Shown piece after piece: positions 39,211-41,925 of a stretch of DNA of 41,925 nt; position 1 is the first letter of the stretch; each line of letters starts with the position of its first letter. The DNA is from Tubiluchus corallicola (lineage: Eukaryota; Animalia; Priapulida). The notes beneath the pieces were generated by a model, which saw only the letters and a list, made by a program, of their open reading frames with translations, was not told the origin of the DNA and made no database searches. Both the position numbers and the translations under genes were made by a program. The stretch covers positions 1 to 41,925 of the forward strand of contig JAQGDQ010001419.1 of the NCBI GenBank assembly GCA_030141605.1, read 5' to 3'.

Positions 39211-39828
39211 AGGATGACAGGATGATTTTTCATGTACTACCCCATTTTCAAATCCTCTAAAAAGTATACATTTTCACACGATTAATACAGCAAAAACGTT
39301 TCTGATAATTAAATAATTGATTAATACATTAATTAACTGCGCGCGAGCTCAACTATTGACGACATCACAAACGAACATAATTTCCAATAGCAAAAATATT
39401 CTACGAGCGTGTTGCACGTGTTTGCAAAAGCGGAAATTGAAGTACAGTGCTACTGTAAGATATTCAGTGTGTTGTACAAAAACTAGGTACGTTTTAAGAC
39501 AAAAATTCAAATTTCAAATTTATCGCTGTGCTCACGCATGAGCTGTTGAACGTGTGTGGTTCGTCACAAACTAACACATCTGAACTGAGAGGTACAGCAC
39601 TTGTTTCTCTGCAATGCGTTTCCAAAACGCAGGCGCTAGTGCCCGTCTAACTAGCGAATGGTGAAATGCATGTAACAGCGAAGAACTAGTGGCGTGGACA
39701 TGATATTGTGTTTGTGCAGTAATAATTCTTTCACCTAAGTCATTTTTGAAAAAATAATATGTTTCCTTTCAGTATTTTAAAGAATAGATTGTTTTGACCT
39801 GCAGTTTAAGATTGGGTCTAGTTTTAAT
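39211..39828 (-). mobile_element. TTAA-flanked Kolobok-like MITE, copy 3
   Basis: TTAA|AGGATGACAGGA start; reverse complement of 5677-6299. Confidence 0.8.
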
Positions 39829-40427
39829 TTAGGAACATGAATGATTGATTCATTATAAGTCGTTTACCAAACTAAAGTAAATACATATAATCTTAAATAA
39901 AGTGTTTTAAACTCTTGTAATGGTTTATTAAAACATGAAAATTACAATAATAATGTTTTTATATGTCTAAAATTCTTGCTCATTGGAATGTCATTTTAAT
40001 GAATGTCATTTTTGTACATATTTTAAATATTTTCTCTTTTTATTTTTTCTGTAAATTGTAAGTTTATGTTTTTATCATTAGTTTTTTTTAGTACTTATTG
40101 TATTTTTATAGCTTAAGATTATTTCTACGAGCTGAATTAAAGAATAAAATAAAAAAATAAATAATCAATAGTATAAAGCAAATGATATAATGACGCTTAT
40201 ATATACATAATAAGTATTATTTAAATGCAGCCTCAATATCTCTTCCCTCTATAATTTTGCAAGGTCTCCCGAAGCGCACTCTACAGAGAAAATTGATAAA
40301 CAAATGAAAGATGACAGTTTAACACAAATAGAGTATTGTCGAGGGAAGTACTGTAATAAAGGCAACAGTGGAGAAGGCTATAATCGATGAAATGCCTTTC
40401 CTGAGGACAAACTTATACTAGACGTGG

Positions 40428-41516
40428 TTATAGTGTCGTGTGAATGCATTGTAAACGTTCCGTGCATTTGAACACTGTATAGTTCGAGTTCAAATGTGCG
40501 TTCACACTGCCATTATAACGTCGTGTGAATGCATTGTAAACGTTCCGTGCATTTGAACACTGTATAATTCTAGTTCAAATGTGCGTTCACACTGCCATTA
40601 TAGTGTCGTGTGAATGCATTGTAAACGTTCCGTGCATTTGAACACTGTATAGTTCTAGTTCAAATGTGCGTTCACACTGCCATTATAACGTCGTGTGAAT
40701 GCATTGTAAACGTTCCGTGCATTTGAGCACTGTATAATTCTAGTTCAAATGTGCGTTCACACTGCCATTATAGCGTCGTGTGAATGCATTGTAAACGTTT
40801 CGTGCATTTGAACACTGTATAGTTCTAGTTCAAATGTGCGTTCACACTGCCATTATAGTGCCTTGTGAATGCATTGTAAACGTTCCGTGCATTTGAACAC
40901 TGTATAGTTCTAGTTCAAATGTGCGTTCACACTGCCATTATAGTGTCGTGTGAATGCATTGTAAACGTTCCGTGCATTTGAACACTGTATAGTTCTAGTT
41001 CAAATGTGCATTCACATTGCCACTATAGTGTCGTGTGAATGCATTGTAAACGTTCCGTGAATTGAACGCTGTATAGTTCTAGTTCAAATGTGCGTTCACA
41101 CTGCCATTATAGTGCCTTGTGAATGCATTGTAAACGTTCCGTTTCACTGTTGTTCTAGTAATGCTCACACTGCCATTATAGTGTCGTGTGAATGCATTGT
41201 AAACGTTCCGTGCATTTGAACACTGTATAGTTCTAGTTCAAATGTGCATTCACATTGCCACTATAGTGTCGTGTGAATGCATTGTAAACGTTCCGTGAAT
41301 TGAACGCTGTATAGTTCTAGTTCAAATGTGCGTTCACACTGCCATTATAGTGCCTTGTGAATGCATTGTAAACGTTCCGTGCATTTGAACACTGTATAGT
41401 TCTAGTTCAAATGTGCATTCACATTGCCATTATAGCGTCGTGTGAATGCATTGTAAACGTTCCGTGCACTGAAAACTGTATACTTCCAGTTCAAATGTGC
41501 GTTTACACTGACATTA
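40428..41516. repeat. 85-bp satellite, about 13 copies, each unit a nested hairpin
   Basis: Starts at 40428 and 40513; the unit contains GTGTGAATGCA/TGCGTTCACAC and GCATTTGAAC/GTTCAAATGT inverted pairs. Confidence 0.95.
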
Positions 41517-41621
41517 TGTTTCACTCGAAGAAATACTTCCAATAGTTCACATAGTTAAAACATTGCGTAGCCTATATTTACACCTAAGGTCAGTTCACAT
41601 GAAAATCCAGGTCAGGTCCTT

Positions 41622-41925
41622 GCTACTGATGCTACTGTTGCTGTTGTCATGGCTGCGACTGCTGCTGTTGCTTCTACTACTTCTACTGCTGCTACTACTA
41701 CTGCTGCTGTTGTTGCTGCTGCTGCTGCTACTACTGCTGCTGTTGTTGCTTCTACTACTTCTGCTACTACTACTGCTGCTGTTGTTGCCACTGCTGCTGT
41801 TGCTTCTTCTACTTCTGCTGCTACTGCTGCTGCTGTTGTTGCTTCTACTGCTGCTGTTGTTGCTGCTGCCTGTTGCTTCTACTACTTCTGCTGCTACTGC
41901 TGCTGCTGCTGCTGCTGCTGTTGCT
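41622..41925. repeat. Degenerate (CTG/CTA/TTG)n microsatellite running off the window
   Basis: Directly visible. Confidence 0.9.

Overview
AT-rich animal genomic DNA, probably from a cnidarian (inferred from a SAARP-like exon and TTAGGG-type repeats), and dominated by MITEs, LINE fragments, satellites and microsatellites. Manual splice-site and phase reconstruction gives three intron-containing genes, all on the minus strand and mostly missed by the ORF track. (1) The first two coding exons (6573-6454, 3581-3468) of a membrane-anchored protein with an FAAH/amidase-like N-terminus, probably continuing off the left edge. (2) A complete six-exon gene (20675-12590, 1017 nt, 338 aa) for a secreted protein I do not recognise. 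It has a signal peptide, no mature Cys, a poly-Asp/Glu block and an Arg/Tyr/His-rich tail. (3) The last exon (28642-28373) of a protein resembling coral skeletal aspartic-acid-rich proteins (SAARP/CARP4 family) with a GPI-like tail. Genes 2 and 3 together suggest a small extracellular-matrix or biomineralisation locus. Other points of interest are a duplicated, possibly mutually exclusive exon, inverted piggyBac MITEs bracketing one exon, an inverted pair of Penelope-type hammerhead motifs, a bipartite RTE element and a transposon-borne telomere-like array. All family assignments come from recalled motifs, not database searches, and repeat boundaries are approximate.
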